A DNA stretch of 63,773 bases, filler included, from Guillardia theta CCMP2712 (taxonomy: Eukaryota; Protista; Cryptophyta): NCBI RefSeq assembly GCF_000315625.1. It is 5 parts of 5 records of this genome, joined end to end, with 100 filler letters (N's around TTAATTAATTAA, not from the genome) between each part and the next. Parts side by side here need not be neighbours in the genome. Positions count along the whole stretch, not along the records: positions 22,685 to 53,523 come from NW_005434583.1; 4 more parts are not named here. One strand, written 5' to 3'. Shown here piece by piece: positions 22,685-33,902 of the stretch (positions are counted from its first letter, which is position 1; each line of letters opens with the position of its first letter). A program made the position numbers and the translations under genes. The notes under the pieces were generated by a model. It was given only the letters and a program-made list of their open reading frames with translations. It searched no databases and was not told where the DNA came from.

Positions 22685-25551
22685 AAAAGGGGAGGAGGAA
22701 GACGTTCTGACCTGTTGGTCTCTCTCAAGACGAGAAAGACGATGCAAGGCATCGTCATGCAAGCGGCCCATCACAGCAATCTGTACGAGAGAGAGAGAGG
22801 AGGGAGGAGGAGCGTTAGGAGGACGAGGGGGAGGAAGAGGAGGAAAACAGGTGGAGGACGAGGGAGAGAAGGGAGGGGAACGTAAATGGGTCAGACTCAT
22901 TCAGCCAAGGCTGAGCAGAGGAAAAAAGCAGGGATAGAGAAGGAAGGAGAAAACAAACGAAGGCAGGGACAAAACAAGGAAGCGAGAAAAAGGAAATGGT
23001 AGGAGGAAAGGAATCGATGAATTTTTTCATGGAAGAGGAGGAAGAGGGGGAGGAGGAGGGAGGAAAGAGGGGGGGGGAGGAGGTAGAGGGGGAGGCAGGA
23101 AGGAGAGAGGGAAGAGGGACGAGAGGGACGAGAGAGGGGGAAGGAGGAGGGGGGAAGGAGGAGGAGGCAGGAAAAGGATGAAGGATGAGAGATGATCAGA
23201 CCTGCTGTTGGAGGCCGAAGATGACCTCGTTGTTGGTGAAGATCGTCTTGTCCCACTCGGTCATCAGCTCCACCTGCCGGGAGAACTCGTGCGAGTATTC
23301 TTCGAGGTCCTTGTGCCACGTCTGCAGGATCTTCTGGACCTCGTCCTCCTCTCTGATCTGTGTGGAGAATGAGGGATCGGTGAGCTAGGAGTGGAGCAGG
23401 ATAAGAGAGGAAGGTGAAGGTGAAGGTGAAACGCGACTAGGAGGAAGGAAGGAGGGTGGGAGGGAAGCGAGGCAAAGTAAGGAGGAGAGGACGGAAGGGG
23501 GCGAGCAGGGGAAGAAGGACTGAAGAGGAGGGGAGGAGGACCGAAGAGGAGGAGAGGACAGTGGAGGAGGAGGAAGGGAAAGAGGACAGAGGAGGGGGAA
23601 GGAGGACAGAGGAGGATCTGAACACCTGCACGCCATCATGCAGCGAAGACTTGGGCGAGCTCGCTAGTCCTTCAAGTCCCGTCATTCGATCCTGCGCTGG
23701 CTCAAGCACTTCACCTGTAGCAGGGGAGGAGGAGGATGCGGCTGCGGCGCTTCCTCCAAAGCCGAAGGAGGAGGCTGCAAGGACGGTGAGGAAGTGGTTG
23801 GAGGGCAGCACTGAAGACGTGCCTGCAGATGAAGCAGCGGAGGAGCTGGACCCTATCCCAAACCCTGAGAAGAACGTGAGGAACAAGAAGAAAGTGCGAG
23901 GAGATGGAGAAGATGAGGACAAGACGATGAGAAGAAAGAGGAAGAGCAGAGGAGGAGGAGAGCGAGGTGGTGGTGGAGGTGGTGGAGGAGGTGGAGACAG
24001 AGAGAGAGAGGTGGTGATGGTGCTGGTGGCTCTCTGGCAGTACCTGCAGCGGCTGTCGAGGAAGCGCTGGAACTTCCGAAACCGAAACCTGCGAGACTTG
24101 AGGAGAGAACGACCTTTGCTGGTGCACCTGAGGATGCAGCGGGTGCAGGACCTGCTGCTGCTGCTGCTCCGCTCGTCGCTGTGCAGCTTCTCAGAGGGAT
24201 GAAATGAAAGCTAGAGGAGGAGGGAGGAGATAGAGGTGAGGAGACAGGTAAGTAGCAGGGAGCGATGGATGCGATGACGGTGAGGGAGGAGGAGGTGCAA
24301 AGAACGAAGAGACCAGAGCAGATCGACGAGGAGGAAACACATAGAAAGGGAGGGATGGAAGGAAGAATTGGACGGATGAATACCAGAAGAAGAAGAGGCG
24401 CCGAAGGAAGGAGCAGCAGCCGAAGCACCAGCAGGCTTCCCGAAGCCAAACCCTCCTGATTTACCACAGGAGGGTGAGCAGAAAAATCCACGATGACCAC
24501 AAGGAGGAGAAGGGGGGGTTGGGTTCAGATAGAGGGAGGGAGAGGAAGAAGGAGGGTAAGAGTGAAGAGGAAGAGAAGAGGGAGAGCGACAGGCGGGAGC
24601 GGATAGGCTGGGCTCGACGAGAGGAGATAAGGGGAGGGAAACTATCAACCGCCAGTTGCTGCAGACGTCGATGCAGCGGAAGATACTCCAAAGGATCCAA
24701 AACCTAGTGGCAGGAGCTATGAAAAACAACCCTCCCGGCCGCCCTCTTCCTCCACCTGCTGCTGATGCCCCCGCTGTCGATGCCGAGGAGGAGCCCAAGG
24801 TTGGTGCAGAGGAGGAGGCAGAGGCTGCTAAAAGCATCAGACAAGGTCAGGCCCTCCTCCTCCTCCTCACCCCCAAAGCCAAAGGAGGAGGAGCTGCCCG
24901 CTGCTGACGACGCTTGTCCGAACGATGCAGCTCCTGTAGAACTTGTCGAGCCGAAGCCGAAGCCTCCAGAGGGTGCCGCTGCTCCTGTAGACCCTCCTCC
25001 TGCTGCTCCTGTAGACCCGAAGCCGAAGCCTCCTCCCGTCGACCCTCCTCCTCCTGCTGCTCCTGTAGACCCGAAGCCGAAGCCTCCTCCCGTCGACCCT
25101 CCTGCTGCTGCTCCTGTAGACCCGAAGCCGAAGCCTCCTCCCGTCGACCCTCCTCCTGCTGCTGCTCCTGTAGACCCGAAGCCGAAGCCTCCTCCCGTCG
25201 ACCCTCCTCCTGCTGCTGCTCCTGTAGACCCGAAGCCGAAGCCTCCTCCCGTCGACCCTCCTCCTGCTGCTGCTCCTGTAGAGCCGAAGCCGAAGCCTCC
25301 TCCCGTCGACCCTCCTGCTGCTGCTCCTGTAGACCCCGAAGCCCGAAGCCTCCTCCCGTCGACCCTCCTGCTGCTGCTCCTGTAGACCCGAAGCCGAAGC
25401 CTCCTCCCGTCGACCCTCCTCCTGCTGCTGCTCCTGTAGACCCGAAGCCGAAGCCTCCTCCCGTCGATCCCCCTCCTGCACCAAAAGAAAAGCCACCTCC
25501 TGTCCCAGGAGCAGAGGAGCCAAATGAAGAGGAAAAGGAAAATCCAGACAT
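22685..25551 (-). CDS. NUP62: FG-repeat nucleoporin Nup62/Nsp1, 3' truncated by contig end
   Basis: MSGFSFSSSFG...(STGAAAGGGSTGGGFGFG)n followed by Nsp1_C-like coil EDEVQKILQTWHKDLEEYSHEFSRQVELMTEWDKTIFTNNEVIFGLQQQ (23202-23357). Confidence 0.8.
24950..25475. repeat. 51-54 bp coding minisatellite encoding the FG repeats
   Basis: About 9 near-identical units CCTGTAGACCCGAAGCCGAAGCCTCCTCCCGTCGACCCTCCT... Confidence 0.92.
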
Positions 25552-26097
25552 GCCTGACGAGACGTGCGAAGCTCTAAAGCAGAAGTTTACCGATTACCTG
25601 CAATCAACACAAATCCTTTCAGACGTGCGCAAGCCCTCGACATAATGCTGTATTCTTCTATCTTCTCTTGCGTTCAATGCTATCCTTACATGCCCTGCTC
25701 GCAATACCTCTTTCCTCACTCGACCCCTGGTGATGGGACCGCTTCTCCCTCCCTCCCTCCCCTCCCTCCCTCCCTCTTCCGCTCTTTCCTCCTGTGCTTC
25801 CTCTGTCTCCTCCTCTCCTCCTTCACTTCGCTCTGGGATCCTCTTACCTCGAACAGCCTGCATAGCCCGTGCACAACAGCGCTAGACGGAGAATATACAG
25901 GGGTGGAAGAAGCAAAGGGTGGGGTTATGACCTGTAGGGTGGTGATGGAAAACAATAGAGTACCCATGTATTCCCAAGAAAATCCTAATCTTTTTTGAAT
26001 AACATAAAGGGGTGGTGGGTAGGGGGTATGAACAGGTAGGGTAGTGGAGATGGTATAGGTGGGACCATGTAGATGAGGCCCGCAAGATGTCGGGGGG

Positions 26098-26150
26098 ATG
26101 AGAGCGGCGGCATGTCTGGCGATGATGGTTGGATGGGCCGCCATGGCAGG

Positions 26151-26198
<48 letters not shown>

Positions 26199-26993
26199 CA
26201 GACTAGGTGTCAGGAATCTGCGGGGTGGCGGAAGTCCTTCCAGCAATCTTTCCTTGCAAGCGGGAGGATACGTGCTGGGAGGCTCGAGATCAGCAGTTAC
26301 GATACGGGAAAGCGCTTCTCGATACCGGGGCGCTCTCGATGCAGAAAGACGAGAGGAGAGATCGCAAGGTGACGGAGAGAGGATGATCAACGTCAGCGAG
26401 GCGTCGCCGTCCATGCTGGCCTTCCTTGCGATTCAGCGGCGAATCAACACGACGGCAGCTTCGTCGCCCAAGTCCGAGCGCCGAGGTGCCGCCATGCTCA
26501 ATGCATCGACAGGCTCCTTCAGGCGCAAGCGGGAGCGGGAGGTCTCCTGGGGCAATGACCTCGCTTGCTCGGTACGGGTCAAGAGGATGCGGAGGTTTGG
26601 GAGGTACGAGAACAAGGTCAGCTCAAGGCGCCCGCGCATCAACAAGGGGCTGCCGAGGCGGATCTGGTCCAAGGTTCTACATAGGACGCGATGCTCGCAC
26701 GTGGACGAGGAGAGCAAGGTGCAGTGCGACAAGGATCCTTGCTTCGGTATCGCCTCCGACGGGCAGGCCCTCTGGTGCAAGAAGCACGCAGACCCGTCGC
26801 ATGTGGACGTGAGGAACGTACGCTGCAAGTTCCTCGGGTGCGAGAAGCATCCTGTCTTCGGGGATGCCGTCAGCGGAATGGCGAAGTACTGCGCTCTACA
26901 CAAGAAGAGGTAGGGACGAGGGGAGAATAAAGGAAGCAGGAGGTTTGGCTGGGGGAGGGGGGGGGCGAGAAGAATGAGAAGGGAGGAGAAAGG

Positions 26994-27029
<36 letters not shown>

Positions 27030-28468
27030 GAGGAGCAGGAGCNNNNNNNNNNNNNNNNNNNNNNNNNNNNNNNNNNNNNNNNNNNNNNNNNNNNNNNNNN
27101 NNNNNNNNNNNNNNNNNNNNNNNNNNNNNNNNNNNNNNNNNNNNNNNNNNNNNNNNNNNNNNNNNNNNNNNNNNNNNNNNNNNNNNNNNNNNNNNNNNNN
27201 NNNNNNNNNNNNNNNNNNNNNNNNNNNNNNNNNNNNNNNNNNNNNNNNNNNNNNNNNNNNNNNNNNNNNNNNNNNNNNNNNNNNNNNNNNNNNNNNNNNN
27301 NNNNNNNNNNNNNNNNNNNNNNNNNNNNNNNNNNNNNNNNNNNNNNNNNNNNNNNNNNNNNNNNNNNNNNNNNNNNNNNNNNNNNNNNNNNNNNNNNNNN
27401 NNNNNNNNNNNNNNNNNNNNNNNNNNNNNNNNNNNNNNNNNNNNNNNNNNNNNNNNNNNNNNNNNNNNNNNNNNNNNNNNNNNNNNNNNNNNNNNNNNNN
27501 NNNNNNNNNNNNNNNNNNNNNNNNNNNNNNNNNNNNNNNNNNNNNNNNNNNNNNNNNNNNNNNNNNNNNNNNNNNNNNNNNNNNNNNNNNNNNNNNNNNN
27601 NNNNNNNNNNNNNNNNNNNNNNNNNNNNNNNNNNNNNNNNNNNNNNNNNNNNNNNNNNNNNNNNNNNNNNNNNNNNNNNNNNNNNNNNNNNNNNNNNNNN
27701 NNNNNNNNNNNNNNNNNNNNNNNNNNNNNNNNNNNNNNNNNNNNNNNNNNNNNNNNNNNNNNNNNNNNNNNNNNNNNNNNNNNNNNNNNNNNNNNNNNNN
27801 NNNNNNNNNNNNNNNNNNNNNNNNNNNNNNNNNNNNNNNNNNNNNNNNNNNNNNNNNNNNNNNNNNNNNNNNNNNNNNNNNNNNNNNNNNNNNNNNNNNN
27901 NNNNNNNNNNNNNNNNNNNNNNNNNNNNNNNNNNNNNNNNNNNNNNNNNNNNNNNNNNNNNNNNNNNNNNNNNNNNNNNNNNNNNNNNNNNNNNNNNNNN
28001 NNNNNNNNNNNNTCCTCCTCCTCCTCCTCCTCCTCCTCCTCCTCCTCCTCCTCCTCCTCCTCCTCCTCCTCCTCCTCCTCCTCCTCCTCCTCCTCCTCCT
28101 CCTCCTCCTCCTCCTCCTCCTCCTCCTGGGCCTCGGCCTGTCCCACTTCCTGAGTTCATCCATCTCCCGCCCCCAACCCCCTCTCGCGGCAAGGTGACAT
28201 AGGAGGTGTAGGTGCAGGCAGCTTGGCTGCAGCAAGTTTCCATCCTACGGCAAGTACGTGGACCGAAAGCTGTCAGTTTCTCGACCCTGCAAGGTAGAAC
28301 AGCAACGGCTGACACGGTTCCCGCAGGATATCAAGATCGTGTGCAGAGCACAAGCTGGAAGGGGAGGTTCACCTGATTGACAACAAGCCCAAGAGGCAAC
28401 CCAGAGTCGAAGTTCAAAGTGCAAACAAGACAGACATCGCTGTAAATATCCAACATAACAAGGTTTAA
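26098..28468 (+). CDS. EsV-1-7 cysteine-rich repeat protein (spans an assembly gap)
   Basis: Repeats C...C.K.P.FG.......A.[WY]C..H.....VDV: CDKDPCFG...WCKKHADPSHVDV, CKFLGCEKHPVFG...YCALHK, and after the gap CRQLGCSKFPSYG...SCAEHKLEGEVHL. Confidence 0.8.
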
Positions 28469-28747
28469 TGAAGTCAAGACGTTTTTCCTTTTGACAGGAA
28501 TGCACGTGCGGACGAGCTGGCGCCGGACGGTCCAGCAAGTCTGGCCTGCATGTCACCACCAACTTCTACTTCGCCGACAGCACAAGTGAAGCAGACAGCA
28601 ACTGCATGCGGTGCACATCGGAACATGTTTCATCCCCATTCATCTCACACATCCACTACCGCCAAGTCTCCTCCTTCAAACTTCCGGAACCGCCCGGCCC
28701 ACAACATCGCCACTTCCCACGTCCTTCACTGTCCCGTAGGAATAGGA

Positions 28748-31158
28748 CTACTTGATCTGCGCCCCGTAGAAAGGAAGGCCGTCGTCCTCGTCGTCGTCGT
28801 CGTCGTTGCTCGAGGTTTCTATGTGATTCTCAGCTATAAATCCGCAGGGCAGGGCAGGGCAACAACTCACCGTCTGAGGCATAAGTGCCGTCCTCATTCA
28901 ACCAGTCCCACTCCAGTCCAAGGTAGAAATTCTGTTCTCCTCTCACAACACACAACAAGGTTGAGCATGCGAAACCTGAGCGACAGCCTTCTCCAGCGCC
29001 TTCTCCAACGTCTTGGCTGTATGCACGTCAGCAACACTACCCGGTCAGTACACAGACAACCTCTTGTCCTCCTCTTCGGCCTCCATTCTCCACGAGGAAT
29101 CGCCGCTAGCTCATCATTCTTGGCCAGCATCCAGTTCTACACCACCACGTAACTCCAAGGCATGCACTTGGCGCTCTGCTCTGCCCACCAAGAGGTCTTC
29201 CTCCGTCTTGAAGCCGTAACGAGCCACCACGTTCGCCTGGACCATCCTCATCAGCTCCGCCTTCCGCACATGAGCAGGTCCTGCCTGGAACAGTTCGTCT
29301 CGAAGGTTGTCGATGTTCATGTGAGGCGTTCGGCATGCCGACGATGGCTGGAGTGCGAGCCCAGCAGGAGACGAGTCACGTGGGGGGAGGGAGGAGCACA
29401 GGTACCCGCACCTTGAACATGGCGCTGTACCTCTGCCTCAGTTTCTCAGAAGCCCCGTCGATGATCTTCTTCGTTTGCACTGGCACCTTGGCCTACACGA
29501 ACCCTCAGCATCCCCGCATGACGGTAAATGCCGAGGGCCTCCCAACCTGCGGCAGATCCACTAGCTTGCACGGCTCTGCCTTGTTAATCTCTGTGAAGAC
29601 CTCCGCTGCCTGTCAGGGTCCAGGGAACGAGTCAACTTGTGCTCGGGCATCAAAGATATATGACCATGTTCTCATTATCGGCAGGATACACTTCCACAAG
29701 AATCTCCGTCATCCCCTGCCCAGACCTTAGCATCCTCCACGCCCTTGCGATCGCTGTCCATCCTCGCAAATTTCGCTTACCAGGGGAAGCGGTCGGTCGG
29801 GATTTTGAGACTTCATCTGGCGGGCCAAGAGAGTGTGCGCGCCGAGCCTGAGCATGTGTAAGGATATCACAGAGCATGGTGATACGCCGGAAGAAGGAAA
29901 GGGGTGGGTAGAAAAGAACAATAGGAGAGCGTGAGAAGGAGTAATAAGGAGAGTCGATGATACCTGTGCTGTCCATCAACCAGCACTGCCTGCCCTTTGC
30001 CTGTATATTCCACGACACTGATGGTGCCTGAGATGCAGGTTTACACATTTCCCCCTTGCAGAGAAGGGTCGGAGGACACCTGGCCATCCAGTCACGCTGC
30101 TCTTGGCCTTAGCCCTTGCAATGGAGGACGCTCGCTCTGTTCGGAAGGTACGCTGGAGGACACGTCAACATGGAGCATCACAAGTCCTCGAGTCCCACCT
30201 GCTTCTTGTAGATCGGTGTCGATGTGTACAGCTTCGAAGGATCTGCAGCAAACACCTTCTTGTAGCCTGGCAGCCATGACAAGTCAGCCTCACTAGAGAG
30301 GTCTACTGCTGTATATCTGTCTGACCGAAGTCTGCAAGAAATCTGCCGAAGATGGGGTGATCGGCCTGTTCAGCTGGTGGCAAGTCTCAGGATTCGCATC
30401 ACGATGCAAGTCCTGTGTTACTATTCAACGGCTTCTCCAACGCTTGAATGTCGGCTCCGGTAACTTTTTCTGCAAGGAGAGAGTTCAACGGACAGGCAAA
30501 CACAGTGAGAAGAAGATCGCATCGAGGCCACCTTTCAAAGAAGTCACTTGCTCCTCAAGCTCTGTCACCTCAGAGGCTGCCATGATCAGCTGATACTCCA
30601 AATCACGCACTTGGTTCGAGTAGGCGTTCAGCTGCAAAAGAAGTCAGCCTCCAACAACAGAGCATCCTGGTATGGTCTCACCTCCTTCTGACGCTTGCGA
30701 GCATCCTCCAACGCCTTGCTCTCTATCTCTGATACTTCTCGCTTGTTCTTCTCGATGACTCCATTGATCGTCTTCATAACAGCAGCATACTCTTGTTCTC
30801 CCAGCATCGACTTCAACTCGTCCAAGCTGGGCCCAGCAATACCTTTACTCAGAATGTCCCCCATCGAACCCAGATTCTTCATGACTTGATCAAAGACACA
30901 GACTGTGGTCAGAGCTCCACGAGCTCTCCTCCCTGCTCGTGGTCCAAGGGGAGACGCCCCAAGCGGCAGGCCACGATTGTGTGCGGCCCCAGGGAAAGGA
31001 TTGCTGCGGTCAATCGACTTGGAAGAGGAAATGGTATGAGAAACGAACGGAACAACGAAGGAGCTTGAGGATGCGATGAAGGACAAGCACAAAATCGAGG
31101 TCATCATGCGAGCCCCGCTAGCCCTTCTCCTCCCTCTTCCTCCCTGTGCCGCCGCCAT
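28748..31158 (-). CDS. DGQHR-motif (ParB/Srx superfamily, DndB-like) protein with predicted bipartite plastid presequence, multi-exon
   Basis: Spliced: ILCLSFIASSSSF-VVPF leader; coiled coil; HPIFGRFLADF-GYKKVF...PIYKKQRTFRTERASSIARAK...WPGTISVVEY...VLVDGQHRLGAHTLL...ILVEVYP...AAEVFTEINKAEP...CRTPHMNIDNLRDELFQ...FYLGLDWDWL. Confidence 0.78.
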
Positions 31159-32244
31159 TCCTCGCCTCCTACCCCACACCTCTGACCACCCCCGTGTTTT
31201 GTTGTCTTGCACCCAAAGGACCCCTTCCTCAAAACCTCGGACCCACCCCATCTCCATATACCCCGAAGCCTGCGAACTACCCCACCGATGTCCTCATGTC
31301 GACTACCCCCGACTGCCATGATCAGAAATATTACTCAAAGTGTAAAACTTTTTAACTCTTTTTTTTTTAAAAAAGAGGTTGTCCTGTAAAACCTGAACGT
31401 GAGGCGGGCACAGTATGGGTGATCCGAGTCCGGGCCGAGCGCTCCGCCGCCGCTGATCATCGGGACATGATGATGACTCGCCAGACGGCCGCCGATGGCC
31501 CATCGGCAGAGTGGCACTACACAATGACTTTGTCGTCAGCTTCTAGTACAACTTGAAACGCCACTGAGCCGACGGTGGCATGGCATGACGGTGCCAGGCT
31601 CAGACGGCGTCGGACTTCGGGCCGGCCGCGGCGAGGCCCGGTGCCGGGACGGCAATGGCTCATCGGGAGTCCCCGGCATGTCTCGGATGCGGAGGCTCAT
31701 AACTTGAACACAGTGCACCTGGCGGGCATTTCAAATTTGGGTCAAATTTATTTGACTTCAGGGAAAGTTTGGTCCTTGTAATTAAAACTTCAAATTTTGA
31801 AACAAATATTAGAGACTCGTTATTCGGATCGGTTGCGGAAGGAGTTTTGAACTTCAGTGTGAAAAGAAAAAGAGTGGACAAGATGGACTCTGCTGAGAAG
31901 GGTCAAGGAAAAGCTTTTGATTTGCACCGGTGCTGATTCAATTTTTGAGACGGTAGTAGGGGTGGGGTACATATGATTTGAACAAAATAAGGGTAGGGTG
32001 TATTAGATAAGAAATGATTCATCGATAGAAACGATATCATATATTCTTATATTAATTAAAATGAGCTATCTCATCAGTATATCATCCAGAAGAGACTTTC
32101 ACCTGGAATTGTAGGGGTGGTACTTCATCGGATTCTTCTGGAAGCTAATGTTGTGGTGGGGTGTGCGGTGAGAGGTGGGGTACTTTGTCAATTTGTTTTT
32201 TTGTTGAGAGTGGGAAAGCCACGTGGCCGAAGCGGACTGTCGAA

Positions 32245-33242
32245 ATGGTAAGCTCATGCCGTGTAGAGGAAGGGCGGACACATTGAAAAATGAACACGAG
32301 ACAAGCTTGAGTTTTGGTAGAGGAGTTTGAGGGATGTATATGCCATGACATGGATCGAACGTGTTGTTTTCTGTTGTTGATTTTCAACTGTCACGTTGTT
32401 GTGAACGTTGGACAGTATCACATATTGCTGTGAGAGCTGATCACTTAGACCTTGAACCAAGCACTGGAATATAAAATCTCCCAATGCACATAGGAACATA
32501 ATTTGACTCTTGATAACATCAGATGCATGATTTTCTTTTGTGATATTTCGAATCACGTGGTGATTGTAAGCTCTGTACTGTTCATGTCCCTGCTGTTGAA
32601 GTTCCAACTGAAGGAACATACAATATGTGTGAAATGTGCAAACCGATTTAAGCGCGAAGTTTCTGGTTGAGATTATTGCGATTGTGCTGATGTAGGACTT
32701 CCTTGTATCACAGGCATCGGGAGTTGGTGTAGCAGATGACTGCGTCAGCGTCTTCAACGACCTGAAGCTTAAGCATAGCATGAAATACATCGTGTACAAC
32801 ATGAATGATAAGATGACGGAGATCCAAGTTATGAAGACTGGAGGCAAGGAGGCGACCTACGAGGAGTTCTTGAAGGAACTGCCCGAGAACGACTGCAGAT
32901 ATGGCGTGTTCGACGTAGAGTACACTGATCCTAAGACCAAGGCAAGCCGCAATAAGATAGCGTTTTTCATCTGGTAGGTGTTGGAGTGCTTGCAAGAGGA
33001 GCGTGTTGACAACTGTGCTCCCTTCAGGTGCCCTGACACCGCCAAGGTTCGCACGAAGATGATCTTCGCGTCATCAAAGGACGAGCTGAAGAAGCGACTT
33101 GTGGGCATTGCATGCGAGGTTCAGGGTTCGGATGCTGGTGACGTTGCTTTGGAAACTGTGAGTCATTGGAGACGTGCCCAACACGTCTCTCCCTTCATGG
33201 CTGATCATTCTACAGGTTGTTGATCGGCTACAGCAGATTTAA
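32245..33242 (+). CDS. ADF: Actin-depolymerising factor / cofilin
   Basis: ATG|GTAAG intron (32248-32713) then ASGVGVADDC...KYIVY...YEEFLKELPENDCRYGVFDVEY...RNKIAFFIW|CPDTAKVRTKMIFASSKDELKKRLVG... Confidence 0.96.
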
Positions 33243-33902
33243 GTTTGTTTCGAAGGCTTGTTTCATGTGTCGAAACCTTCTTGGGACGTTAGATGCCAGG
33301 GGAGCAGGTTATCCTCAACAGATCTTTGTTCCTTCTACAAGGATGTGCTGTATCCTGCAATGGATTGCAATGTGCTATAGCGTGCAAATTGCTGCCCTCC
33401 TACCTTGAACGGCGACGTTGAAATGAGCAGGGCGGTTGTGTCGATACTTGGATTTAGAAAATACTTGTTGGAACCTCTGAAAAATGACAATTAATTTTCA
33501 TGAAAATACACATGATCAGAGTGTCTTGATTATTCTACCTCCACTATGTGCTTGACCCCAAGAGCTCCAGGGAAAGTGCTTGCACTCCAATTGCATCAAA
33601 GCGCATGAGGCACAGATCGGATGTCTCCTCCTCCTCCTCCTCTCCTCCTCCTCCTCCTCCTCCTCCTCCTCCTCTCCTCCTCCTCTCCTCTCCCCCTTCT
33701 CCTCTCCCCCTCCTCCTCTCCTCCTCCTCCTCTTTCTTCACTCCAGGATTTTCAAAGTTGAAAAAAGTTGTCAAGCCGAATCATACCGGTGGTGGATGTG
33801 AAGTACCCCTAGTATATACTATTTATGTACCCCTGTTCACAATAAAATCACCCTACCCCGCAGATTGCCCCCCCGCCTCCTGGTCTCGCAAACATCCCAG
33901 GA

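Noticed and set aside
26433-28315. Long ORFs running through N gaps (also 53764-54335 and 55669-56972)
   Set aside because: Artefacts of translating Ns.
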